A stretch of 64,000 nt of DNA from a virus (Duplodnaviria; Caudoviricetes), in IMG/VR virus record IMGVR_UViG_3300028805_003982. One strand, written 5' to 3'. Shown here in pieces: positions 16,820 to 26,642 of the stretch. Position numbers and translations under genes: made by a program. The notes beneath the pieces were generated by a model. It was not told the DNA's origin and did no database searches. It saw only the letters and a list, made by a program, of their open reading frames with translations. Numbering within the stretch: position 1 is the first letter of the stretch; every line of letters starts with the position of its first letter.

Positions 16820-17953
16820 ATGTCCTTAGCAGCATTTTTCAAATTGAGTAATCTTGCGACCAACGCGCTCGCTACAGTAACAGCGGTATCCGTTATCGGA
16901 TTCTCCGGTTATATGGTGTACGACAACTACATGGCGCAGAATAAGGCTTATGGATATGATCTGTTATCTTATAAACCGTCTGTCGAAGAAAATACCATCT
17001 CAATGCAGGAGTTGTATGATCTGAACCCGGATATTTGCGGCTGGATCACGATCGATGATACACATATAGATTATCCGATAGTTCATTCTGACGATGATCT
17101 GTACTATGTAAACAGAGACGCGACAGGTCAGCCTTCACTTACGGGTTCCATCTATCTGCAGGCTAAAAATGAATCGGATTTTACGGATTCTTACAATCTT
17201 TTGTATGGCCATCATGTTGACGGCGGCGCAATGTTCGGGGATCTTTCCCTGTTCCGTGACGCCGACTTCTTTAAGAAACATACTGAAGGTACTCTGATCA
17301 CTTTGAATAAAGCGTATTCCATAGATATCATTGCTTGCGTCAGCACTAATGCTTACTGTAAGTGCGTGTATGACAGGACTAAGCTTGACAAGGCTTCATA
17401 CGAAGAGCTTATTGCAGACCCTGAAGTCTTTGTAATGAATCAGAATGCCCGCAGTTTGGATTCGGCAGTCAAGTATCTTGCTCTTTCAACCTGTTACGGT
17501 GTTTCGACTGACGGAAGAACCGTTGTCATCTGTAAGATCACTGAGATCCCTGTTCCGGTCGATCCGCCCAAGCCTGATCCTAAGCCTCCGAAGGTCGTTA
17601 AGACCGGTGAGACATACCAGGTAGGCTGGGGCATTATCAACGTAGCAGCAGTCTTTATGACTTTGCTTACTGCGGTTCCTTATCTTAAGTTCTTTAAGGA
17701 CGATAAGAAGAAGATATACGCAAGGCTCGGTTTTGCGGCAAGCATCGTAGCTACTATATCCGCGGCACTCGTATTCTTTAGGGTGGAGGAACTGTCCGGA
17801 GCAATGATGATAACAGACAGATTTACTTTCATTTTCCTTTTGTTCTTCGGAGTTGCATTACTCGCAGAAGAACTGATAACCAAGGTTTACACAAAAAAGA
17901 ACAAAAATAAAGGCATTTCCATTAAGGAGGAAAAAAGATCATGGGAAGTTTAA
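16820..17953 (+). CDS. srtB: Class B sortase with Pro-rich linker, VVKTG and C-terminal 3-TM extension
   Basis: YGHHVDGGAMFG, LSTC and GRTVV, then PVDPPKPDPKPPKVVKTG and three hydrophobic segments. Confidence 0.88.
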   Translation: MSLAAFFKLSNLATNALATVTAVSVIGFSGYMVYDNYMAQNKAYGYDLLSYKPSVEENTISMQELYDLNPDICGWITIDDTHIDYPIVHSDDDLYYVNRDATGQPSLTGSIYLQAKNESDFTDSYNLLYGHHVDGGAMFGDLSLFRDADFFKKHTEGTLITLNKAYSIDIIACVSTNAYCKCVYDRTKLDKASYEELIADPEVFVMNQNARSLDSAVKYLALSTCYGVSTDGRTVVICKITEIPVPVDPPKPDPKPPKVVKTGETYQVGWGIINVAAVFMTLLTAVPYLKFFKDDKKKIYARLGFAASIVATISAALVFFRVEELSGAMMITDRFTFIFLLFFGVALLAEELITKVYTKKNKNKGISIKEEKRSWEV

Positions 17954-19230
17954 AACTTAAGAGAGTGGCAACCCCTATTCTTGCAGCGGCCATTATGGCC
18001 AGTATGGCTTCGGTTTCATTTGCCGCAGACATTGGTGCGAACGGTATCGTTGAAACGTCGGATACGGCTATCAACATTCCTAAGTCGGTGACACTGTATA
18101 ACGACGGATTTAACAAGTCCTATCTCCCGGCTATCACATTCAATTTCACCATCGCTCCTGCGACATTGACCGAAGAGGTACACATTACTGACTCTAACGG
18201 TCATACCGTTGCAGTGCAGTCCGGTCCTGCAAATTCCATTTCCAATCCTACTGCAACCGCAGTATTTGAGGAACAGGAAGTCGTTGATACAGGTGCTACT
18301 CTTGACGAGACAGTAAGGAAGAACATGACTTGGAATGTTGATCTTACCAAGTTTACAAAGCCCGGTGTTTACCGTTATACGATCACTGACGTAACACCTA
18401 TCTCTACTTTGTATGCTGCAGGCCTTGAGAGACCTTCGACATACGATACGACAAGAGAACTTGATGTTTATATCAAGAGGGATGCTACTACAGGTAATCT
18501 CGTAGTTGGCGGATATACTCTCCACGATGACATCACCGGTGATATCACTCCCGCAACCGAGAAGGACCCCGGCTTCGTGCCTGAGAGCTTCAACCCCGGT
18601 AACATTTCTAACGGATATGATACTTATACCACATATAACTATCAGGTTCAGAAGAACATTACCGGTGAAATGGCTGATCTGAGTCACAAGTTCCCGTTCG
18701 CAATATCTTTGAACGACGGCGGTTCCGTTGCAGGTCTTGACTATTACGGAGCAGCAGGTAACGCAACTCCTGCATACAGTAATGCAGCAACGATTAACAC
18801 AACCCTTGGAAACAGTGATGTTTACCACGTTTACGCTCTTAATCCCAAGGCTTCTGTAAGTGTTGTCGAGACTAATGATACAAATGATTCATACGATCTT
18901 TATGTAACTACTGTTAATGCTTCCGGCAGTTCAACAGATGCTCAGGCTGAAGCGCTTGCCGCAGGTGCTGCATCAACAGCCAGAACAGGTAACGTATCAA
19001 CATACGCTACAGCCAATTCAGCGTCCAACGTATCAGGCGAAGCTCAGGCCGATCTGCAGTCCAACGGTTTCAGAAATGACCTTCCCGGCATCATCACAAC
19101 TGGCGTTGTACTGAAGTCTCTTCCTTTCGTAGCTCTTGCAGGTATCGGCGGTCTTATGTTTGCACTTTCCAGAAAGAGCAAGAAGAACAAGGTAGCAGAA
19201 GATATTCAGGGCGATTCTTCTGAGATGTAA
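17941..19230 (+). CDS. Backbone pilin, module 2
   Basis: Paralogue of 14945 and 42276: FTKPGVYRY, VQKNITG, VVETND, FRN; IITTGV, TM helix and basic tail. Confidence 0.8.
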   Translation: MGSLKLKRVATPILAAAIMASMASVSFAADIGANGIVETSDTAINIPKSVTLYNDGFNKSYLPAITFNFTIAPATLTEEVHITDSNGHTVAVQSGPANSISNPTATAVFEEQEVVDTGATLDETVRKNMTWNVDLTKFTKPGVYRYTITDVTPISTLYAAGLERPSTYDTTRELDVYIKRDATTGNLVVGGYTLHDDITGDITPATEKDPGFVPESFNPGNISNGYDTYTTYNYQVQKNITGEMADLSHKFPFAISLNDGGSVAGLDYYGAAGNATPAYSNAATINTTLGNSDVYHVYALNPKASVSVVETNDTNDSYDLYVTTVNASGSSTDAQAEALAAGAASTARTGNVSTYATANSASNVSGEAQADLQSNGFRNDLPGIITTGVVLKSLPFVALAGIGGLMFALSRKSKKNKVAEDIQGDSSEM

Positions 19231-19271
19231 TTCAAAAAATAAATTAAAAAGGGGTTTAACAAGGTAACTTT

Positions 19272-19784
19272 ATGAAAGAAAAAATAATGGCGTTTTTCAA
19301 AAAATATGATGCACTTCCGCGTATATTCCTGAAACTGGCCATTTTCGCAACGCTTCTTTATATCGCATTCGGGTTCATAATAGGTGTTTCTATTATGAAC
19401 TCGGACGATATGAAGCCTAATGTCAAATTAAGGGACATAGTTGTTTATTCAAGGATAGATAAAGATTACCTGAACAGAACGGCCGTCGTGTACGAGGTTA
19501 ACAATAACACGTTGGTCGGAAGAATCGTAGCTTTACCCGGCAGCCATGTGATCATTGATGAAAAAGGCAATGTTAACGTAGACGGTATTACGATCCAGGA
19601 AAGCGAAGTTTATATGAGTAAAAAGCAGGAAGGGTTCTCAACGGACGTAACATTAGGTCCTGATGAGTATTTCATTCTTGCAGACAACAGGCAGGTCGGT
19701 ATCGACAGCAGATACGTAGGGCCTGTCAGTAGCAGCGCTATCAAGGGAGAAACCTTAATAATAATAAGAAGGTATGGTATATGA
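19272..19784 (+). CDS. SipA-like degenerate signal peptidase
   Basis: DDMKPN (Ser to Asp), VGRIVALPG (Lys to Gly), YFILADNR..IDSRYVG. Confidence 0.8.
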   Translation: MKEKIMAFFKKYDALPRIFLKLAIFATLLYIAFGFIIGVSIMNSDDMKPNVKLRDIVVYSRIDKDYLNRTAVVYEVNNNTLVGRIVALPGSHVIIDEKGNVNVDGITIQESEVYMSKKQEGFSTDVTLGPDEYFILADNRQVGIDSRYVGPVSSSAIKGETLIIIRRYGI

Positions 19785-20890
19785 ACAAGGGACAGAAAGC
19801 TCTTGGTGTTACGGACAATGTTATCACAAAGATGCTTAGGATCTGTTCTGTTATCCTCTTGATAGGCTCCTGCTATATGTTCTTTGACGTTTACTTCCTC
19901 AATAAGGGGGCTTCATCTGAGGTTGTGGCAGAACGCTATAAACCTGAGATCACCGTTTCTGATGAAGGAAAGAGGATAGTTGACATGACCGAGCTTAAAC
20001 AGATCAACCCCGATATCAAGGGTTGGCTTACGATGGATGATACAGGAATAGACTATCCGGTTCTTCAGGGCGATGACGATTATGAGTACTTAAACCGTGA
20101 CATGTACGGTAATTCCTGTCTTACAGGTTCGCTGTACTTCAGGTCGATAGATACTACCGAGAACGCAGATGCCGACTACCGTATGATCTACGGGCATCAC
20201 ATGGACGCGAGTTCCATGTTTGGCTGTCTCGATAAGTACATTGACGCAGAATACTTCAGCAGCCATAAGACAGGTACGCTCATAACCGATCATGGTATCT
20301 GGAATCTTGAGGCAGTTGCCGTACTTTATACGCACGCGTATAACAACACTTTTTATTACGGCAGGTCTTTTCCATGTATCGTCAGGGGCTTGGAAACTAA
20401 GCATATTCAGACGATCAGCGGAAACCTAAGTGAAGCAGATGCTCCTATCCTGATCTTATCGACTTGTTATGAGATCAAGCCGAACGGCAGGCTTCTTGTT
20501 GTCCTTAAGATGACGCCTGCTGAAGACGTGGTAGTTGACAGCGGTTCTGCTACTGATGAAGACATTTCGATCAAAGACCTGAGAATGGGTCAGATCCAAG
20601 AGGGGGTAAAACCTACATGGAGTGTAATGAATATTGTCTTCGTATTTATTACAGTCCTGTGTAGTATCACGATGACTGTTGACGCTGCTTTAAGAAAACA
20701 GCTTAAGCAGGTTGACGGCGTTGTTTGGGCGTTGATCACGCCACTTTCGATAGTTTTGTTCTTTGTAGGGCAGAAATTATCTGGAAGGGGGACTTTTGTT
20801 GATAAGTATACGATTGTTTTTGCCGGAATAGCGATCGCGGCTTCCGCACTTGCTGCGTATACTGTCAAACGGAAAGGAAAAGCGATATGA
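19781..20890 (+). CDS. srtB: Class B sortase with C-terminal 3-TM extension
   Basis: YGHHMDASSMFG, LSTC and GRLLV; tail WSVMN...LFF..Q.LSG...VDKYT parallels the tail of 16820. Confidence 0.88.
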   Translation: MNKGQKALGVTDNVITKMLRICSVILLIGSCYMFFDVYFLNKGASSEVVAERYKPEITVSDEGKRIVDMTELKQINPDIKGWLTMDDTGIDYPVLQGDDDYEYLNRDMYGNSCLTGSLYFRSIDTTENADADYRMIYGHHMDASSMFGCLDKYIDAEYFSSHKTGTLITDHGIWNLEAVAVLYTHAYNNTFYYGRSFPCIVRGLETKHIQTISGNLSEADAPILILSTCYEIKPNGRLLVVLKMTPAEDVVVDSGSATDEDISIKDLRMGQIQEGVKPTWSVMNIVFVFITVLCSITMTVDAALRKQLKQVDGVVWALITPLSIVLFFVGQKLSGRGTFVDKYTIVFAGIAIAASALAAYTVKRKGKAI

Positions 20891-23295
20891 AGAAAAAGAT
20901 AGTATCAAGTTTATTGGCTCTGGTAATGCTGTTGGCTTTGCCGATGACAGTTTTTGCTGCATCTAAAAAGACCTACGGTGAAGACTTTTTCCCGGTAGAT
21001 TATGCAAAAGGATATATCAGGCTGAATGCTACAGGTGTTGAGTGTATCCCCAGTTCAGCCGTTAAAGGTCCTTATACCGGTGGGTGGGGAGACAATACTT
21101 ATACCTATTTCTGGGCTGATAATACATCTAAAGATTCTTCTATTTATATAGACTTTATCAACGGTGCCTGTTACGACAGCGAACTGTTGGATGTACGTAT
21201 ATACCTCTGGTGTAATAATACATCAGCGGGCAGTAAAGATAACTGGTGGGCTATGACTTCAGGCGGCCTTCTGGTCCATGACCAGCCTACTAACGGCGAC
21301 CAGGTTTGGGCAGACGCTAAGTATAGAACATCTATGCAGTTCCATTTTTACCGTAAAAAAGCTGACGGTACCAGTCAGGTCGGTAAATCTGCATATGAGA
21401 CGTCCGTTCAGGGTGTTATGCGTTTTAACGATTTGGATGCAGGTGAAGGATACGAGATTACACATGGTTTAAAAAACATCTATGTTGCCACTCCAACAAA
21501 GGTAACTGTAGATACTACTAATAACTATGTTTACGGAACCCGTGTCACCGCTGGTTCAGACGAGTCAGATGACCGAGACAGAGCTTGGATCACGTTTGAT
21601 GCCACGCCGGATGAACCATTCACTTTAAGGTATTGGACCCGAGGGCATTATACATCCCGTATCCACTATGTAGGGCAAACCGTAAAATATAAAATAGTGG
21701 GTAAGACTCCTTTATCTCAATCGATCAAGATATCGAGCGAGAATGTTGCCGAGTGGGGTAAATACGTTCTCCGTACGGTCGATGATGAAATAGGCAGTTC
21801 TTATTATGCGCAGCAATTCATCGGCTGGACAGAGCGTACTGCCGGCGACCGTACTGAACTGGCTCCTGCGATGGTCATGAATCTGACTACCGGCGGCATG
21901 TCTCTTTATGGCAGTTTCACATATAATATATTCCTTTTTAACGGTGAAGGCGGAGATATATATTTTAGTGGGGAAGATATAGGAGAGGGTCTGCCTGCCG
22001 GATCTAACCATACGTATGATATTGTTCCTCACCCGGGTTATTATATTAAAAACATAAATGTTCAATACCGTGATCTTGACGGCGAGCTTCAGACAAAGGC
22101 TACGTATGGTCCTGATACTATCGCTTTAGGGGATTCTTACACTTTAAACATTAAGGGGCTTGACCGTAATTATGAGATCAGTGCTGAATACGATACCATC
22201 GTTAATCTGAGCACTTCCGTTCTTAACGGTACGATTTCGCCGGAAGAAGGAACTCATAAGTATCCTTATGGTTCAAATGCAACGGTTACATATCAGCCCA
22301 TCAGTGAAAGATATGACCTTGATAAGATCTATATCGACGGTGTTGATACAGATTTTTCAGATATCATGTCTCAGTATATCTTTGAAAACATGACTGAAGA
22401 CCATGAGATCAGGGTTGAATATCAGCCGTGGTATGAGATCACAACTGAAGTCGTTAATGGTACTATTACTGATGATGAAAGTCATATCAGGGTAGGATCT
22501 GACCGCACCGTAAGCTATGCTCCGTTGAACGACAATTTCCGTTTAACAAGCATCAAGGTTGACGGCGAATCTGTAAGTTTGGATGACTACACATCCGATT
22601 ATGCCTTTAACAATATATCGGCAGACCACCACGTAGCGGTTGTTTATCAGCCATACAGAAGCGGTACTATCCATTTTATCGACACTGATAACAACGAACT
22701 TGCATCTCCTGTGGATTACGAAATGATAGGCGACCGGGCTGATTTTAACCCTTCAGCTACTCTGACTGCATATACTAATGCTACAAACGGTATCTTAGAT
22801 GACGGATATTCGTTAATATCAGATGAAGTAGCAGACAGAGATCAGGATGAAGACGGTAACGGTTTCCTGGATTCTGCCGTAGGCAGCCATAAGGATCTGT
22901 ATGTTGTTTTCGAAGGCTACAGGTACGGTGTTATTCATTACGTTGATACGGAAGGCAATAAGCTGGCAGATGATACTACGTATTCCAATGCCGGAAACAT
23001 TGATAACTTTGACGACAGCGTAACGCTTGCTGCATATACACAGAATTCGGCCAATCTGACGGCTCGTGGATATGTAGTCGTTTCTGATGACGTTGCAGAC
23101 CGTAACGGTTGGTTCCTTCCCGCGATCAACAGCACTAAGGAAATGACGGTTGTATTTGAATTACAGCCGCCTGTAATGACAGGTATTCAGGACTATCCGG
23201 CGGCAGTCTTTTGTATTATGTGTCTGGCCGTATTTGGCATCGTTCTGAGTGTTTATATCAAAAAGAGCCCTGAAGAAGGCGAAACAGAAGAATAA
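20887..23295 (+). CDS. Sortase-anchored adhesin (tip-pilin candidate), paralogue 1
   Basis: Signal peptide; beta-rich head with FNDLDAGEG; repeats T-x2-NGTI...I.V.Y; two (F/Y)(I/V)DT(D/E)(G/N)N MucBP-like repeats; PPVMTG and TM helix. Confidence 0.75.
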   Translation: MKKKIVSSLLALVMLLALPMTVFAASKKTYGEDFFPVDYAKGYIRLNATGVECIPSSAVKGPYTGGWGDNTYTYFWADNTSKDSSIYIDFINGACYDSELLDVRIYLWCNNTSAGSKDNWWAMTSGGLLVHDQPTNGDQVWADAKYRTSMQFHFYRKKADGTSQVGKSAYETSVQGVMRFNDLDAGEGYEITHGLKNIYVATPTKVTVDTTNNYVYGTRVTAGSDESDDRDRAWITFDATPDEPFTLRYWTRGHYTSRIHYVGQTVKYKIVGKTPLSQSIKISSENVAEWGKYVLRTVDDEIGSSYYAQQFIGWTERTAGDRTELAPAMVMNLTTGGMSLYGSFTYNIFLFNGEGGDIYFSGEDIGEGLPAGSNHTYDIVPHPGYYIKNINVQYRDLDGELQTKATYGPDTIALGDSYTLNIKGLDRNYEISAEYDTIVNLSTSVLNGTISPEEGTHKYPYGSNATVTYQPISERYDLDKIYIDGVDTDFSDIMSQYIFENMTEDHEIRVEYQPWYEITTEVVNGTITDDESHIRVGSDRTVSYAPLNDNFRLTSIKVDGESVSLDDYTSDYAFNNISADHHVAVVYQPYRSGTIHFIDTDNNELASPVDYEMIGDRADFNPSATLTAYTNATNGILDDGYSLISDEVADRDQDEDGNGFLDSAVGSHKDLYVVFEGYRYGVIHYVDTEGNKLADDTTYSNAGNIDNFDDSVTLAAYTQNSANLTARGYVVVSDDVADRNGWFLPAINSTKEMTVVFELQPPVMTGIQDYPAAVFCIMCLAVFGIVLSVYIKKSPEEGETEE

Positions 23296-23311
23296 GAAAC
23301 GAGGTTTTAAG

Positions 23312-25855
23312 ATGAAAAAAGCTATCAGCAAAATACTGTCGGGCGTAGCTTCGTTAAGTATAGCGTTGGTTAGTTGTCTGTCTTTCTTTTCGCACGTAGC
23401 TCTTGCGGCCGGTACAGCGCATCACGCGGATTCTTCAGCTTATGGTGCGAGCAGAACACACCGTTCAGATGAGCTGGTATATTCAACCAATTATTTTGAA
23501 GGGCGATACGCTTCTGGATATATTTCGTTGGACAGTTCTCAGGTTCATCCGAGTTCTGCCGTATCCAGCGGTAATTCCAGATGGAGTACAAGGGCGGTTT
23601 ATTACAGCACTAACTCGTCTCTCGACGATACTCATTACGTCGATTGGTACGACAGTGCCTTTATGGACGGTGTTGCGTACGATGTCAGGATAAAGTTTGC
23701 TCAGGTAGGTTCTACGGATGACCGTTGGAGCGTTACTCCGTACGGAAGCGTAGTTGACGATCACGCCATGACCGCTACTTATCCCGGCATTAATGGCCAT
23801 AACGATTACACTAATTATGATAAAACCAGCCACGGCGTAAAGATGGAGTTCCATTTTTATGAAAAGGACTATGATGGTGGGCATCACTGCGGCGATCCTG
23901 ATTATGAGGTCACATTTTACGGCGTAATGAAAATGAACGACCTTGACCGTGGTGAAGGATGGAACATTGCGTCCGGGGGTGTTCAGGATGTTTATGTTAC
24001 TAACACCACCTTTGTAGGACGTGCAGACGACCATAAACTTGCCAGCGTGTGCGGCACCAGAACCACTACAGCTAATGCACATTCTCAATCCAGTGGGAGT
24101 ATTCCATCAGACGGAACCGACGCAGATGCCGTCTGGATAACGTTCAAAGGCGCTCCTACAGCACCTTTTGCGTTGATCTATTGGAGTAACGGACAATTTA
24201 TTTCCAGCATCGGTTACAAAGGTCAGACCGTTAATTATACGGTCGTTGGCAGCCAGCCGGTCAGCACGTCCTATGACTTCGGTAAGAATGGTACGGCGTC
24301 ATACAGCTTATATCAGGTAAAAGCATTCCCCGAATACCCGGGGTATGAAGGTCAGTTTACAGGCTGGAATACCAGCAGTACGTTTGACGGTACGTTATAT
24401 GATCCCGCTGACATCGATCATAACATTGTCCGCGTACAGACTTCCAATGTCTCGTTATACGGCAAGTGGGTTTATAATATCGAAACTTCAGCGGGAACGG
24501 GCGGGTCTATAACAGAAGGCGGTTTGTCTTATGCTGCAGACTCATCTCATAGCATTACCGCTACGCCCGATGCGGGATATTATATCAAGTCTTTAAAAGT
24601 GCAATACATTGATCTGGACGGGGAAGTAGTGGATCTTGAAACACTTTCCGCCTCCGATCTGTCAGATGCAGGTTGTGCTCTCGGAGACGCGTATACCTAT
24701 AACATATCTGCAATCGATCGTAACTATATCTTGAACGCCACGTTTGAACGAATAGTCCATCTGACAACATCCGTTCTTAACGGCACCATTGATCCGGGTG
24801 AGGGTACACACGAGTATCCTAACGGAGCAGATGGAGCGGTCTCTTATGAACCGATAGGGGAGAGATATGACCTTGATAAGATCATAATAGACGGTGTTGA
24901 GCAGTCAGATCTTTCCGGTATTTCAAGCAATTATACGTTTGAACAGATGACAGAGGATCATTCAATCCGTGTTGAATATCAACCCAGGTATGTTATTGAT
25001 ACTACTGTTATAAACGGTACTATTACTCCTGATGAAGAACATATCAAAGCAGGCTCTGACAGAACGATTGAATATGAACCGTTAAATGAATACTATCGCT
25101 TGGTAGGAGTCACGGTTGACGGCACTAAGGTAGATCCGGAAGTGTATGAGTCGGAATATCACTTTGCGGACATTCAGGCAGATCACGAGGTTGTGGTCGA
25201 GTATCAGCCGTACAGAACGGGTACGATCCATTTCGTCGATACTGACGGCAATGAGATTGCGGAAAACATAGAGTATGAGCATTTAGGGGATAGAACCGAG
25301 TTTGACCCGTCTACTATCCTTGGGCAATACAATTCAAGCGTTACGGACATCTTATCCGATGGATTTGCCAAACAATCAGATGATGTGTCAGATCGAGACA
25401 CAACAGAAGACGGTAACGGTTTCCTTGACAGCGCTGTAGGAAGTCACAAGGATCTGTATGTTGTCTTTGAAGGTGCAAGATATGGCATCATCCATTATGT
25501 TGATACCGAAGGCAACCGTCTTCGTGCTGATACCACTTATTCCAACGTGGGAGATCCGGACAATTTTGATGATACGGTTACTTTAGCTTTTTATAATCAA
25601 GCTAAGAGTGATCTGATCGACGAAGGATACCTTGTCATATCTGACGAAGTGGCACAGCGGGACAGTTGGTTCTTGCCCGAAGTGGAAAGCACAAAAGAAA
25701 TGACTGTTGTGTTTGAATTGCAGCCGCCTGTTATAACCGGTCTGAAGAAACATCCGGTATCGGTTCTTTGCCTGATAGATCTTGGTTTGGTGGGTTGGTT
25801 TATGACTTTGGTGCTTAGAAGAAAGCCAGAGGAACAAGAGGATGTTCAAAACTAA
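23312..25855 (+). CDS. Sortase-anchored adhesin, paralogue 2
   Basis: Collinear with 20887 (MNDLDRGEG; EDGNGFLDSAVGSHKDLYVVFEG identical); PPVITG and TM helix; start at ATG 23312 behind GAGG. Confidence 0.75.
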   Translation: MKKAISKILSGVASLSIALVSCLSFFSHVALAAGTAHHADSSAYGASRTHRSDELVYSTNYFEGRYASGYISLDSSQVHPSSAVSSGNSRWSTRAVYYSTNSSLDDTHYVDWYDSAFMDGVAYDVRIKFAQVGSTDDRWSVTPYGSVVDDHAMTATYPGINGHNDYTNYDKTSHGVKMEFHFYEKDYDGGHHCGDPDYEVTFYGVMKMNDLDRGEGWNIASGGVQDVYVTNTTFVGRADDHKLASVCGTRTTTANAHSQSSGSIPSDGTDADAVWITFKGAPTAPFALIYWSNGQFISSIGYKGQTVNYTVVGSQPVSTSYDFGKNGTASYSLYQVKAFPEYPGYEGQFTGWNTSSTFDGTLYDPADIDHNIVRVQTSNVSLYGKWVYNIETSAGTGGSITEGGLSYAADSSHSITATPDAGYYIKSLKVQYIDLDGEVVDLETLSASDLSDAGCALGDAYTYNISAIDRNYILNATFERIVHLTTSVLNGTIDPGEGTHEYPNGADGAVSYEPIGERYDLDKIIIDGVEQSDLSGISSNYTFEQMTEDHSIRVEYQPRYVIDTTVINGTITPDEEHIKAGSDRTIEYEPLNEYYRLVGVTVDGTKVDPEVYESEYHFADIQADHEVVVEYQPYRTGTIHFVDTDGNEIAENIEYEHLGDRTEFDPSTILGQYNSSVTDILSDGFAKQSDDVSDRDTTEDGNGFLDSAVGSHKDLYVVFEGARYGIIHYVDTEGNRLRADTTYSNVGDPDNFDDTVTLAFYNQAKSDLIDEGYLVISDEVAQRDSWFLPEVESTKEMTVVFELQPPVITGLKKHPVSVLCLIDLGLVGWFMTLVLRRKPEEQEDVQN

Positions 25856-26051
25856 AGGTGAAGCAGAGAGAAGGCTTGCCGACATAGCGGCGCATAAAAA
25901 GGATCTGAGTCCATATAACAGGGAAGAGGAGATCCGGGAGTTATTCGATCTTTGGAACGAAACCATCCCTTTTGCGTTCAAAGTAGGTCTTTCTGTTATA
26001 GATCTTGACCGTATCTGGGAGAGCGTTCCCTGGTCGTTTATTAAGAAATAG
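25842..26051 (+). CDS. Small protein, paralogue of 13435-13662
   Basis: LWNETIPFAFKVGLSVIDLDRIWESVPWSFIK aligns with EWNETVMQATKAGLAHSEIRKIWEETSFIK. Confidence 0.7.
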   Translation: MFKTKGEAERRLADIAAHKKDLSPYNREEEIRELFDLWNETIPFAFKVGLSVIDLDRIWESVPWSFIKK

Positions 26052-26055
26052 ATAG

Positions 26056-26085
26056 GAGCTTGAGCCGTGTGCTCAAGCTCTTTTT
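26056..26085 (+). terminator. Intrinsic terminator ending the pilus/adhesin operon
   Basis: GAGCTTGAGC-CGTGT-GCTCAAGCTC-TTTTT, a perfect 10-bp stem. Confidence 0.9.
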
Positions 26086-26204
26086 CTGTGAAAGGGGTTT
26101 TTGTTAATAGAGATGATTCGAACCTTACAACGGGTTTATTGGCTATCCAAGATGTGATAAGTGATCTCTACATTGTTAAAGATAAATTGAAGGGGGTTAA
26201 AAGT

Positions 26205-26519
26205 ATGATAGAGCTTAAATACAATCCGCAGGAAAAAGAGCGCTGCATAAAGGGGGCTTTTGCAAAGGCTTCGTATCAGCGGGGTGATATTGTTCGTTTT
26301 AAAGATGGGGCAGAATACAGGGAAGGAACTATTATGGTCGTTGACACCATAGGTTTAAATGAAGCATCTTATGACATTTTTAATCTGTCTGAGCTCGTTA
26401 TATATAAGCACTACGAAGAGTCGAAGGTCGATTGCCTGTTAACCAAAGCTTCTCCGGATACTATTTCACAGATGGAAAAAGCTTTGTTTGCCAATGTCGG
26501 GCCGACCAGGGAAATGTGA
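26205..26519 (+). CDS. Hypothetical protein (possible SH3/KOW-like fold)
   Basis: Start reassigned to ATG 26205 behind AAGGGGG; YQRGDIVRF...EGTI.VVD...YDI. Confidence 0.55.
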   Translation: MIELKYNPQEKERCIKGAFAKASYQRGDIVRFKDGAEYREGTIMVVDTIGLNEASYDIFNLSELVIYKHYEESKVDCLLTKASPDTISQMEKALFANVGPTREM

Positions 26520-26642
26520 TAAATATAGTGTATTGCAAAAAATATACAAAAATTTACAGAATTCAATACGTTTTCTGTTTTTTGATGTAATAATAAATGT
26601 AGGAAAACATTTCGTATAACATTTGAGACAAGGAGATTAGGT

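Noticed and set aside
20887-25855. Diversity-generating retroelement acting on the paralogous adhesins
   Set aside because: No reverse transcriptase is present, and differences between paralogues are general and synonymous rather than adenine-specific.
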